DNA of 64,000 nt from an uncultured bacterium. GTDB taxonomy: Bacteria > Babelota > Babeliae > Babelales > Vermiphilaceae. A program made the position numbers and the translations under genes. The DNA lies in contig CAVSFC010000002.1 in the NCBI GenBank assembly GCA_963727255.1, forward strand, positions 320,001 through 384,000, in the 5' to 3' direction. The notes beneath the pieces are model-generated. The model worked only from the letters and a program-made list of their open reading frames with translations. It was not told where the DNA came from and made no database searches. Positions 21,393-31,808 of the stretch are shown here, piece by piece. How positions within the stretch are numbered: the stretch's first letter is position 1; every line of letters begins with the position of its first letter.

Positions 21393-21433
21393 AAGCCAAC
21401 GCGGATAATAAACAATATACTTTATTTTTTCTC

Positions 21434-22537
21434 TTATAGAGTTTGAGTTTTTGTGTCTGTTTTTTTACGTGCAGAGTGTTTATTAAATAGTTTTACAACT
21501 TTTTGAGCAGGCTCTTTTTTGAGTTCATCCAGACATCCAAGACATTTGTCATCATCTTCAGGTGTAAAGCAAGTGCATTCATTTTTTTTGGTATAATATT
21601 TGATTGCGCGTTTTGCTGGAGTCTCAGAAAGATCATTTTCAGGGTCTGGGTTAAGCAGATGATTAGCTTTGTTTGCTAAAAATAGCTGAACAATATCAGT
21701 ATCATTATTCTCTATTGCATAATCGATAGCGCAGAGCAGAGGCAAACATTTTCTATCCTTTAGAATTCCTATCTGATTAGCATTTGCCTGATTTTTAAAA
21801 AGAAGTTTTAAAATTTCGATGGTTTCTTGTTTAAGGTGCGGATAGCAGTTGCTGGTAACGCGGATTAAGGGTGTAATTCCTGTGTTATCGGGCACATTTA
21901 CTAGTTCAGGCTTCAGAAATTTCTCAATCGTAGCAATATCATGAGTTTCCATTGCTTCATGAAGATTTTTTGCACGTTCACAAAAACGCTTTAAGACAAG
22001 CATTCGATTTTTCTGTTGTTCAGCTAGCAAATCTCTTGTGGAAACTGCAAAATTAGCAGCTGTCCCCCCAGTTGGAGTTTGACAATCTAAAAATGGATTG
22101 CCATTTTTTTCCAAAAGGTATTCAAGTGGACCAAAATTGCTATTGTAAATTGCTTCACCAATCGTATATAGCAATGCTGAACCATGTGCAAACGGTGCAA
22201 GTTTATCTATTTTTGCCCCTTTAGATAGTAAATAATCCGGTACCGATCTATCAAAATCCGATTTCCAGGCCAACTTTTCAAGTGCATGTGAGAGTAAATT
22301 CCTTCCACAATAAACTGTGTTCACATTTTGTTCATTTACATATTCTTTTAATGTATTCAGGTCACATTCTTGTGCAGCTTGAATAATTTTTTCTCTCTGC
22401 AAATTAAGTGGTGATAAGATACTTTGCAAATCTGCATCGGGGCCAAGGTGGATTACGGTAACATTTTTTTCCATGCTGTTAGCAGAAAAGGAAATTAATA
22501 AAAATAAAAGGGGAAGGCTAAATTGAGTGATCTTCAT
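21434..22537 (-). CDS. Secreted ankyrin-repeat protein
   Basis: Signal peptide ending ANS-ME; GRNLLSHAL, LLSKGAKID, TGITPLI. Confidence 0.85.
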   Translation of the reverse strand: MKITQFSLPLLFLLISFSANSMEKNVTVIHLGPDADLQSILSPLNLQREKIIQAAQECDLNTLKEYVNEQNVNTVYCGRNLLSHALEKLAWKSDFDRSVPDYLLSKGAKIDKLAPFAHGSALLYTIGEAIYNSNFGPLEYLLEKNGNPFLDCQTPTGGTAANFAVSTRDLLAEQQKNRMLVLKRFCERAKNLHEAMETHDIATIEKFLKPELVNVPDNTGITPLIRVTSNCYPHLKQETIEILKLLFKNQANANQIGILKDRKCLPLLCAIDYAIENNDTDIVQLFLANKANHLLNPDPENDLSETPAKRAIKYYTKKNECTCFTPEDDDKCLGCLDELKKEPAQKVVKLFNKHSARKKTDTKTQTL

Positions 22538-23651
22538 AGATTCCTTTAAAAGGGTCGAATATTTCGGTTTGCGTATATTTCTGAAAAAGATCTAGAATAT
22601 CATGAGCGGTAGATGCATTTTTTTTAATTTGCACTAGTTCTTTTTCTTTTTTTAAATCTTCTTCGGTCAAATTTGCAGCTCTATACGCAAGCTCATATGC
22701 GGTTGGGCCAAATTGAGGCGCCAGAGAATATTTGGGATCTCCTCCATGCTCGAGTAGAGGAGGAATCATGCCGGAATCCCCTTGCTGAATCGATACAATA
22801 GTAGCGAAGGCAATTATAGTTTGATAGGGATATGCCATATTCGCTATACCTGCATTCGGCTTGGCCCCTTTTGCTAATAATTTTTTTATTATTTCTATTG
22901 TTGCGATTTTATTTGATAGATCGAATCTGGAAACTGCCCTGAAAAGGGGAGTTTTTGCATCTTCATCCTTCTCATCATTTGCTATAGAATTTGCAAACTC
23001 CTCAACTTTTTCAACGTCGCAAGCAAGAACAGCCTGCCGCAATGAGGTAATTTTGCTTTTAAAGAATTTAAGTACCTCATTTGCTTGGGGGTATATTTTG
23101 GGGTAGTTCGAAAAGTGTGAAACTGTATCGAAGAGGCTTGGTTTATTTACTGATGCAATAAAAGGATCTGCGCCCTGAGAAATAAAAAAATCAAGTGCAC
23201 GGAAATTGTGTGTTTTGCTTTTTGCTGAAAGTAATGCAGCATACTCAAAAGCAGTCATTGCTTGGCCTGGTTCGGTTATATAAAGATAAGCTCCATTATC
23301 TAAAAGAAAGTTGAGCGTTTTTTCTATTGGGGCATTTGTATCTTTAAAACTTCTTCGCAATGTAGCGAATATGATTGGCTCTGCTTTACTGTTTATTTGA
23401 TTAATATTTGCTCTATTAACCAGCTTTTTTAATTTTTCGATATTGCAAGCAAACGCTGCCCGGGAGGCCTCTTTGAAGCGCAAATCTTCCAAATGATTTG
23501 ACATATAATAAGTGTTTTGAAGATCTTCCTCGAATTCTTTAAAATTGCCGGTACTGGTAGTTCTTGACAAGCGTATAATATAATTAGGTTTTTCCATTGA
23601 AGTTATATCTGAAAAATAGAGTAAAATTAGGGGAATAAAAACAAAGATCAT
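22518..23651 (-). CDS. Secreted ankyrin-repeat protein (paralog of 21434-22537)
   Basis: Likely start MIFVFIPL; FLLDNGA, QGADPF, KTPLFRAV, LLAKGAKPN, LLEHGGDP. Confidence 0.85.
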   Translation of the reverse strand: MIFVFIPLILLYFSDITSMEKPNYIIRLSRTTSTGNFKEFEEDLQNTYYMSNHLEDLRFKEASRAAFACNIEKLKKLVNRANINQINSKAEPIIFATLRRSFKDTNAPIEKTLNFLLDNGAYLYITEPGQAMTAFEYAALLSAKSKTHNFRALDFFISQGADPFIASVNKPSLFDTVSHFSNYPKIYPQANEVLKFFKSKITSLRQAVLACDVEKVEEFANSIANDEKDEDAKTPLFRAVSRFDLSNKIATIEIIKKLLAKGAKPNAGIANMAYPYQTIIAFATIVSIQQGDSGMIPPLLEHGGDPKYSLAPQFGPTAYELAYRAANLTEEDLKKEKELVQIKKNASTAHDILDLFQKYTQTEIFDPFKGIYEDHSI

Positions 23652-23734
23652 TAAAAACCCTCTAAAAATGAATTCTAAATATAGTAGACTAATCAATGAT
23701 TAAAAAATTGTTGAGTATAATCAAGAGGTTTTCA

Positions 23735-26547
23735 ATGAATAATTGTATACTAAGAATAGCAAAAAATCAGCTAGTAATTATTTTTGGGTTAACATGCTTT
23801 AGCTTGACTGCATTTACCGATATGAAAATTGAATCACCATCGCAAGATTTAATTATAAATAATCAGGAATATATGAATAGTATCCCCGAACAAAACCATC
23901 AGCCACATGTATATAAAAGAGTGCTTGAAAATGGAATGACTATATTGGTCCGCGTAGTCCACACATTGCCCAAAGTTTCACTGCAAATTTGGTATAATGT
24001 TGGATCGAAAGATGAAAAAACGAATGAAAAAGGAATTGCGCATCTGATTGAACATATGATCTTTAAGGGAACTAAGCTCCTCTCCGAATCCGATATTAAT
24101 GTGATTACGCATATGCTTTCAGGATCTACCAATGCATTTACTTCATATGATTATACCGGGCTATTTATTTAATATGCCGGTGCAAAATTGGCATCAAACA
24201 TTAGGCCATATTAGCTGATTGCATGCAGAATGTTACCTTTAAGGATGATCATTTAATTCTGAAATGAAAGCGGTAATTCAAGAATTAAAAATGTATCGCG
24301 ATAATTATCCGCGACAGCTTAATTATGGAGTTGATGGCAGCATTATTCCCTGATCATCCATACCATTATCCGGTAATTGGGTTTAAGCAAGATCTGTTTG
24401 ATGTGCATGCAGATCGATTGCGCGCATTTTATAAAAAACATTATTGGCCAAATAATGCAACATTGGTAATTGTTGGAGATGTTGATCCTGAAGATGCATT
24501 TGCTCAGGCAAAAAAATATTTTGAAAAAATTCCTGCAAATAAAAATTATAAAAAAGAACAATTTTATTTTAATAAAGATATTGTTTCTCATTCGGTAACT
24601 CTCTATCGTGATGTACAAGCAGCCGTTTGCCGTGATTGGATATATGATTCCGGGAGCACAAACAAAGAATGAACATTTGCTTGATGTAGTTGCACTGATC
24701 CTGGGAGCGGAAAAGGATCGCGGTTATACCGAAAATTGGTTGATGAATTGCAGATGGTGACTGATTTGGGCGCTTATCCGTGGCTTCTTCTTTGAGCATG
24801 GGATTTTCTTTATTATGTTTGAGCCAAAAAATGTTGCAGATATTCCGCAAATTCAGGAAATAATTCAAAAAGAGATCGATGAAATTATAAAAAATGGGCT
24901 TACCGATCAAGAATATACTCGTGCGCTTAAGCAAGCATTGCATGCAATTATTATAATTTGCTTGAAAGCATAGAAGCTCAAGCGCGTGAAATTGGAAAAG
25001 CCTATTTGGCAACCGGCGATGAAAATTTTGCATTTCATTTCTTAGATAAACCAAAAAAAGAAGTAGAAACAGAGATAAAAAAACTCTTGGCAAATTATTT
25101 TAAACCATCATTGATGAATATCGGTATTATTGTTGCCACTTTCTGAAGAAGATAAAAAAGAATGGGCAGCGATGCAAAAAAAATCTGATGAATATGATGC
25201 TAAATTTCTTGGCAGCACGGCCACGCACAACGCCGATTGAACCGCCATCATATGCAAAAAAAATTAAAGGTAAAAGAGGCGACTCATTTTGATTTTCCAA
25301 AATATAAAACCATGATGCTCAATAATGGAATCAAGGTGCTTTACTATGATAATCCCAATACGCCAAAAATAGATTTAATTTTAGAATTTAAGGCACGAAA
25401 TTATTATGATAGCGAAGCGTTGCCGGGCATTTATAATTTTGTTTCAACAATGTTGCTAGAAGGAACAAAAAAATATACTGCCACGCAATTGGTTGATGAA
25501 CTTGAGATGCGCGGCATGTAATGTAAGTGTTTCTCCGGGCGTTATCGTTATGAGTATGCTTGCGGCTGATTTTGAGAAAGGGCTTGAGCTTCTTAGAAGA
25601 GATTATTGCACAATCCACGATTTGATGAGAAAGAAATTGAAAAAGTTCGCGAGCAACTTCTTGCGGAAATAAAACATTTTTGGGATGATCCGCAGCAGCT
25701 TTTCAAATCAATTGGTAGAAGAATATATCTATAAAGGTCATCCGTATTGCCAAAAATATTTTAGGCACGGAAGAGTCTATTAAAAAAATAACAAAAAAAG
25801 ATCTGATAGAGTTTCATAAGAAATATTTTAGCCCGCGATGGAGCGCGCTTGGCAATTGTTGGTGATATTGGTTCTTATGATTTAAAAAATATTTTAGAAA
25901 AGACTATTGGATCCATTGAAAGGGCCAGAAGGTTGAAGCGATTGAATTTCCCTGAATTGCAGCCAGTAAAGCCATGTGAAAAGATTCATCCGATTAATCG
26001 TGATCAAGCGGTGTTATGTTTTGCAGGGCTTTCTGTTGAACGTAAAAATCCTGATTTTGATAAATTTTTTATTTGATCAGATCTTTGGCGGCGGAGCACT
26101 TGGTTCATTGCATTCGAAGTTATATCAATTGCGTGAGCAATCAGGCTTATTTTATACTATAAGCGGATCATTGATTTCAGGTGCAAATGAACAGCCGGGC
26201 ATGGTGATTGTGAAAACAATTGTCTCGCTTGATCGTCTTGCATGAAGCAGAAAAAGCTATAAAAGATGTTATTGATAAAGCGGTTAATGAAATTATCTGA
26301 TGAAGAATTTTTAGAAGCAAAACATGCGATTATAAATTCAATTGTGAATAATTTTGCAACCAATCAGGCATGGCTCAGGTTTTCTTAAGTCTTGATCGAT
26401 ATGGATTTCCACCTGATTATTATGATACTCGAGCAGAAAAAATTTCTGGCTATTACACTTGATCAAATGAAAGAGGCAGTTAAAAAAGTGTTGCGCAATG
26501 AATCGATGTTTACGCTTAAAGTGGGCAGATTGGAAGAGAAGAAATAG
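23735..26547 (+). CDS. Second M16 zinc peptidase with N-terminal signal-like extension (many frameshifts)
   Basis: WYNVGSKDE, GIAHLIEHMIFKGT, HPYHYPVIG, TPKIDL, LREQSGLFY; fragments colinear with 18313-20946. Confidence 0.88.
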
Positions 26548-26563
26548 ACGAAATAGTCTATAA

Positions 26564-27466
26564 TCATTGTTTAATGGGGCCGAGATTGACAAAATAACTG
26601 CTGCTCTTTTTGTAGGAGATAAAGTCCGAATTGTTTTCCAATCCCATTTTTTCAAGTGCGCGGCGGAATACCAGAAACAAAAAGTTCTTTAATAGATACA
26701 AGAAATTAAGAACGGTTGCTTTATGATCGCAGTAATATTTTCGCATATAGATGCAATTCAAAGCGATCAAAAAAATTGCTCCACCACATAGTATTGTTTC
26801 ACAAAATAGTTAGGATGGCGCGAATAGCGCCAAAGGCCTGAGGTCAATAATTTTTCCCTGTATTAAGAGGATATTTAAGAAATGAATAGAGTTGCCAATC
26901 GGCAATCGATTCAAATAAAAACCCGATTCCCCAAAGCAAGAGGCCGAGCAAATCAAGACTATTAAGCCGTGGCTGGGCATCCGAGGCATTAATCATGAAC
27001 GAGTGGGATAGGCGATAATCAAACATCGGCAACAGGTTTGCGCGAGAAAAATATAGAAAATAGCTATAAACCAAATACTTATATTTCTTTAAGGCCACAT
27101 AGTTTGAGTGCATGCAGGGCTAAGATTCCACTGTTGTAACCATAGCGAGGATAGCTTCCGTTTTAGCACAATTTTTCGATGATATCTTTGATTATTTGTT
27201 CGTTGAAAGCCGCAATCCCCAGAAGATAACCAAGACATGTTCCCAGTGGCTTTCGAGGATGATATCCGAGGCTTGTAACAAAAAGTAGTGATCCAAGATT
27301 TTACCAATGAGATAATACAAAACGCCAAGGCCCCCGCAAATCAAGGATATCCCATTTACAATGCTTGTATCATTATTACTAAATATGATTCGACAATAAA
27401 ATTGCGCTTATCATTGTAGATTACCATACACAAAGAGCAGATATTGCTATTGAAACTCAAAAGCAT
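26564..27466 (-). CDS. DUF1295 / steroid 5-alpha-reductase-like membrane protein (frameshifted)
   Basis: GFLFESIADWQL and downstream RHPNYF(C)E motif; ATG at 27466 after AAGGAG. Confidence 0.7.
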
Positions 27467-27506
27467 ATTGATTCTCCTTTAATAATTGTTAACATACTAC
27501 GATAAA

Positions 27507-28325
27507 ATGCAGCCACCTTCAATCAACGATTTTAAAAAAATCATTTGGAACTATTATACAACGCAAGGCCGCCTGTTTGATTGGCGTCATGTTGATGATC
27601 CATATAAGGTATTCATCTCAGAAGTAATGCTTCAGCAAACACAAACGGTTCGTGTTGCGCAAAAATATCCCCTTTTTATTGAAGCGTTTCCTGATTTTAA
27701 AATACTTGCAGATGCTCCATTAAAAGAGGTGCTCCTGCAATGGCAAGGACTCGGTTATAATCGGCGTGGCATGTATTTGCAACGCGCTGCGCAAACCATT
27801 ATTCAAGAGCATGCTGGTATTCTTCCCAATGATCCGGAAGTTTTGATAAAACTGCCCGGGATTGGAAAAGCGACCGCTGCATCAATTTGCGCATTTGCTT
27901 TTAACTCGCCGACCATTTTTATTGAAACCAATATTCGGGCTGTTTTTATTCATTTCTTTTTTGCAAATAAAGATTCAGTTCATGATCAGGAAATTATGCC
28001 ACTGCTGGAAGAGAGTTTGGATAAGGAGCATTCAAGAGATTGGTATTATGCTTTGATGGATTATGGGGTAATGTTAAAAAAGACTCTGGTGAATCCAAGT
28101 AGAAAAAGCAAACATCACGCTAAGCAATCTAAATTCGAAGGGTCTGATAGGCAAATTAGGGGCATGATTCTGAGAATTTTAACTCAGCAACAGGCCCCAA
28201 TTTTATCGGAAGTTCTTATTGCGCTCACCAAAAAAGATTCCGTGCGTGTTTCAAAAATTATAGATCAGATGGTTAAAGATAAGCTAGTTTTAGTTACTGG
28301 CCCTCTAATAGAGCTAGGTATTTGA
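27507..28325 (+). CDS. mutY: A/G-specific adenine glycosylase MutY-like, short FeS-less form
   Basis: ISEVMLQQTQ, WQGLGYNRR, HhH LPGIGKATA, IETNIR, LMDYG; no FCL cysteines. Confidence 0.88.
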   Translation: MQPPSINDFKKIIWNYYTTQGRLFDWRHVDDPYKVFISEVMLQQTQTVRVAQKYPLFIEAFPDFKILADAPLKEVLLQWQGLGYNRRGMYLQRAAQTIIQEHAGILPNDPEVLIKLPGIGKATAASICAFAFNSPTIFIETNIRAVFIHFFFANKDSVHDQEIMPLLEESLDKEHSRDWYYALMDYGVMLKKTLVNPSRKSKHHAKQSKFEGSDRQIRGMILRILTQQQAPILSEVLIALTKKDSVRVSKIIDQMVKDKLVLVTGPLIELGI

Positions 28326-28830
28326 CCAAGGCAGCGCTTTCAGCGGCTCTGTGTTCTTCGAGGCTGCAAAATTTTGCAGCGCATCCAGGATAATCGTAGA
28401 CTGCATCTTTCATCACGAGTCGTTCTTCATTTTTAGTGATTTCTATTCTCTCTATTTCTGCAATTTCTAATTCCATCGAGTGGGCAAGTTCCATAAGTTT
28501 TTCTTCTAAAAGTTGGTTAATTTTGAATTCTGTTTGTGGATTATTAGTTTTTAGTAGAGGTAAAGCATCGATGAATACCTGCTTTACACTTTCCAATTCC
28601 AATCTATCCCAGCTTCTTCGTTCTGGGGATCTTGATTTTGGACTTGCTTCCGCGCTGCTCGGTAAAGTACTGCTGCCGCTACTGTGCGCGCTTAGACTTG
28701 TCGATTCTCGCTCTTCAAATGCGATTTTCTTAATCGTAATACGTTCGCTAACTTGTGGTACTACCATTGCAAAAAAAACTGAATTAACCGTTAACAATAA
28801 AAATAAAAAAATAGAATGAGTAAGATTCAT
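28294..28830 (-). CDS. Secreted hypothetical protein, Ser/Arg-rich
   Basis: Signal peptide; SSGSSTLPSSAEASPKSRSPERRS. Confidence 0.65.
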   Translation of the reverse strand: MNLTHSIFLFLLLTVNSVFFAMVVPQVSERITIKKIAFEERESTSLSAHSSGSSTLPSSAEASPKSRSPERRSWDRLELESVKQVFIDALPLLKTNNPQTEFKINQLLEEKLMELAHSMELEIAEIERIEITKNEERLVMKDAVYDYPGCAAKFCSLEEHRAAESAALVKYLALLEGQ

Positions 28831-28902
28831 AAGGTGTCCTTGAAAAAAATTGAAATTCCTTAGTAAATTAAGGCTTTCTTACCTGGTTGTCAAATGAAAG
28901 GA

Positions 28903-29541
28903 TCAAAATTTATGGGGAAATTGCTGAGTAATTGCCCGGTCTAATTCATCTGCGCTCGCCCGCGAAAGATCAAGATTGTTCTCAAAAAGAGCCAAAGATT
29001 GCCCCCAATTTTTATTATGCCATTCTTGCATACTTTGAATAAATGCTGATCCGGTTTTGGTAATCATTGAATCTGCAAAATCTGGAGCATTACTCCAATT
29101 AGGATTCAATTCTTGGAGATATTCAGCAAGAGAAGATGCTATTTTTGCTAGATCATTTTTAGCGTCATCTTGGAATTTTACCGCTGCCATTGCTTTATTC
29201 AAAATCGGTTTTTGTTTATCGAGTATTTCTGACACTTTCTGGCCCGCTGTGGTGCCGTAATAAGCCTTAATGATTGCTCCGATCTCTTGGTTGTTCTTTG
29301 ATAATTTTTCTGCTGCTGCATCTTTATCAGCAATAAAAAAAAATGTTGATTTTAAATATTCATGGGTCCAAATTACATTGTTGCACAATAATTTGCGAAG
29401 CGTATGATTGAGTGTGCTTATTTTTTCTACTCGTTTGCCGATGCTTATCGAACAGAACTTTGAAGAAAACAAATAGCCGCAGGCAAAACCGAGCGCTAGT
29501 GCGATTAAACTGGAAAAAAATATCTTTGCATAATGAGTCAT
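28903..29541 (-). CDS. Membrane-anchored helical hypothetical protein
   Basis: 212-aa ORF, N-terminal TM segment, LRKLL...VIWT and ADELDRAITQQFP helical motifs. Confidence 0.6.
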   Translation of the reverse strand: MTHYAKIFFSSLIALALGFACGYLFSSKFCSISIGKRVEKISTLNHTLRKLLCNNVIWTHEYLKSTFFFIADKDAAAEKLSKNNQEIGAIIKAYYGTTAGQKVSEILDKQKPILNKAMAAVKFQDDAKNDLAKIASSLAEYLQELNPNWSNAPDFADSMITKTGSAFIQSMQEWHNKNWGQSLALFENNLDLSRASADELDRAITQQFPHKF

Positions 29542-29554
29542 AATAATTTTCGCC

Positions 29555-30259
29555 TTAGTGTAATTGTCTCAATAAAATTTCCAATTTCATTAATAATGGC
29601 TCTGTTGAAGAAAGAAAATCAATATAATTTTGAATGATTAACGTTGCCCCGAGGACTCTTTTGCTTTTTTCCATATCAGTAATGTCCAAATTTTTATTAA
29701 GTGCCAAAAAATGGCCAAGTTTTGTACGCTCATCGGTATTAGCGGGGGGGGGATTAATTACTAGCCCATAGCGTCTCATTTCAGCTTTATATGCCCAAAA
29801 AATTTTAGATGCTAATTCACGGGGATCATTGTTTTTTTTAAAATTTTCTTGTGCTTGCGCAAGATTATGGTCTTTGCATATTTTTTCAAATATAACTTGT
29901 GAACAGTATTCTTTTGATGAGTTATCGAGAGCAAATAAATTCGGTATGACGTAATTATTGCCGTATTTGAGATCGGTTGCGAGGGCTTTAAAAGCGCGCA
30001 ACGCATTATTTGCTTCGGGCGCTGCAGAAATACGGTTTATTTCTTCTGCAATTACCAGAGATTGTGCAAAAAGATCATGTACATGGGTATATTTTTCAAA
30101 CAATTCTCTTTTGATAAGGAAATCGCGGAATAAGCCTTGTTCTACAATTGGATTGTGATTTGTTAATTCACTAATCCACACATCAAGATCGTTTTTTTCG
30201 CTTTCCATGCCATTGAGCATTTGGATGCATATGAGAGATGCAAGAATAAATATGCGCAT
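29555..30259 (-). CDS. Secreted hypothetical protein
   Basis: MRIFILASLICIQMLNG-ME; GAGG RBS; upstream TTGACC-17-TACTTT promoter-like motif. Confidence 0.7.
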   Translation of the reverse strand: MRIFILASLICIQMLNGMESEKNDLDVWISELTNHNPIVEQGLFRDFLIKRELFEKYTHVHDLFAQSLVIAEEINRISAAPEANNALRAFKALATDLKYGNNYVIPNLFALDNSSKEYCSQVIFEKICKDHNLAQAQENFKKNNDPRELASKIFWAYKAEMRRYGLVINPPPANTDERTKLGHFLALNKNLDITDMEKSKRVLGATLIIQNYIDFLSSTEPLLMKLEILLRQLH

Positions 30260-30347
30260 TGCTTCCTCTTTTTGGCAATCATAATACCCTTAAAGTAGTG
30301 TTTTTTGCCTTTGAGGTCAAATGCACAGAGCTCTTTTGATAGATTCT

Positions 30348-31808
30348 TTAAAATGTATTGAGAAACTCAACTGCCAAATTGTTATAGTTTTTTAGTACTG
30401 TTGGATTCATTCGCTTTAGATAAAAGCCCATTGCAGCTAGCCTTGCATTGGATGTAATTATTTTCCTATTTTTAAACACAAAATGCCAATAGAGTGCATC
30501 CCAGATCTGGCACCAAGGCCCATTTGTATAGGTGCTCATTTTTCTAATATAATGTGATCCGGAAAAATATGGCTTAGTAATCATCAGTCCTCCATCTGCA
30601 TATTGGCTCATGCCATAAACATTGGGCACCATAACCCAATCATAGGCATCAATGAAAAGTTCCATAAACCAGCGATATGCTTGATTCGGATCTATATGGG
30701 CCAAGAGCATGAAATTGCCCAGAATCATTAATCGCTCGATGTGATGCGCATAAGCGGTATGCGTAATTTTTTTTATAGTAGTATCAACCGGATCGATGCC
30801 CGTGGTTCCGGTCCAAAAAGAGGAAGGCAATGTGCGGCTATGGCCAAAAAAATTACTTTCGCGCTGATATTCCCCTTTAACCAAATAAATACCCCGTACA
30901 AATTCTCGCCAGCCAATAATTTGCCTAATAAATCCTTCTAAAGAATTGAGTGGTGTTCGATGCTCTTTGGTGAATTCAAGCGTCGTTTGAATAACATATG
31001 CTGGAGTTAAGAGGCCGATATTCAATGAGGATGAAAGCAAAGAGTGAAATAAGAAGTGCTTTTGCGGATCTATTGCATCTTGATATGGCCCAAAATACGC
31101 AAGCCGGTGTTCCAAAAAATCATGCAGTGCTTTCTTTGCTTGAGCATGATTAGTTGCCCATATAAAATCGTCGGCCAAGCCGGGATTATGAGAAAAATGG
31201 TTGGTTATATAGTTGTGCGCCTCTTTCAAATTAGAGTCTTTTTTTGCATGAAAGATTTCTGGAGTTTGTATATTTTTAGAAAGCTTCTGCCGATTTTCAG
31301 CATCAAAGCTCCAACGCCCTCCAACTGGCTTTGGCCCATGCATCAAGATATTTAAGCGCTTGCGTTGCGCGATATAAAAGCTATTCATGAGATAATGGTC
31401 TTGATCTGGCAATATATGCGCAAGCCATTGCCGATCGGCCAGAAAGCCTGGGCTTTCATGGATGCGCAAGCGGATGTCATGGATTTCGCACATTTTATTT
31501 AACCCTTGTTCAAGGCGATGATCGTCAAGAGTAGTGCATTCCAAGAGAGAAACTTCATTTTTTTTTAGCAGTAATTCAAATTCAGATTTATCAGAAAATT
31601 CAAGATAAAAAACTCGATGTCCCTTTTCTTCCAAAAATTTCTGATAGCCCTTCATGCTTGCCCGATGCAATATAAGTTTTTGTTTATGAAAGTGAAATTC
31701 AGTAAAAAAACGAGGATGCTCGATGAGGAACACCATACTTTTATGAGTCAAAGCCGGGTGATGCTCAAATAGTTGGTTTGGAAAGATGAGTACTGCGGTA
31801 TGCTTCAT
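30348..31808 (-). CDS. Prokaryotic (6-4) photolyase / CryB-PhrB-like protein
   Basis: LIFPNQLF, FHKQKLILHRASM, GGRWSFDAENR, FGPYQDA, EGFIRQIIGWREF, YAHHIERLMILGN, DAYDWVMVPNVYGM, KPY. Confidence 0.9.
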   Translation of the reverse strand: MKHTAVLIFPNQLFEHHPALTHKSMVFLIEHPRFFTEFHFHKQKLILHRASMKGYQKFLEEKGHRVFYLEFSDKSEFELLLKKNEVSLLECTTLDDHRLEQGLNKMCEIHDIRLRIHESPGFLADRQWLAHILPDQDHYLMNSFYIAQRKRLNILMHGPKPVGGRWSFDAENRQKLSKNIQTPEIFHAKKDSNLKEAHNYITNHFSHNPGLADDFIWATNHAQAKKALHDFLEHRLAYFGPYQDAIDPQKHFLFHSLLSSSLNIGLLTPAYVIQTTLEFTKEHRTPLNSLEGFIRQIIGWREFVRGIYLVKGEYQRESNFFGHSRTLPSSFWTGTTGIDPVDTTIKKITHTAYAHHIERLMILGNFMLLAHIDPNQAYRWFMELFIDAYDWVMVPNVYGMSQYADGGLMITKPYFSGSHYIRKMSTYTNGPWCQIWDALYWHFVFKNRKIITSNARLAAMGFYLKRMNPTVLKNYNNLAVEFLNTF

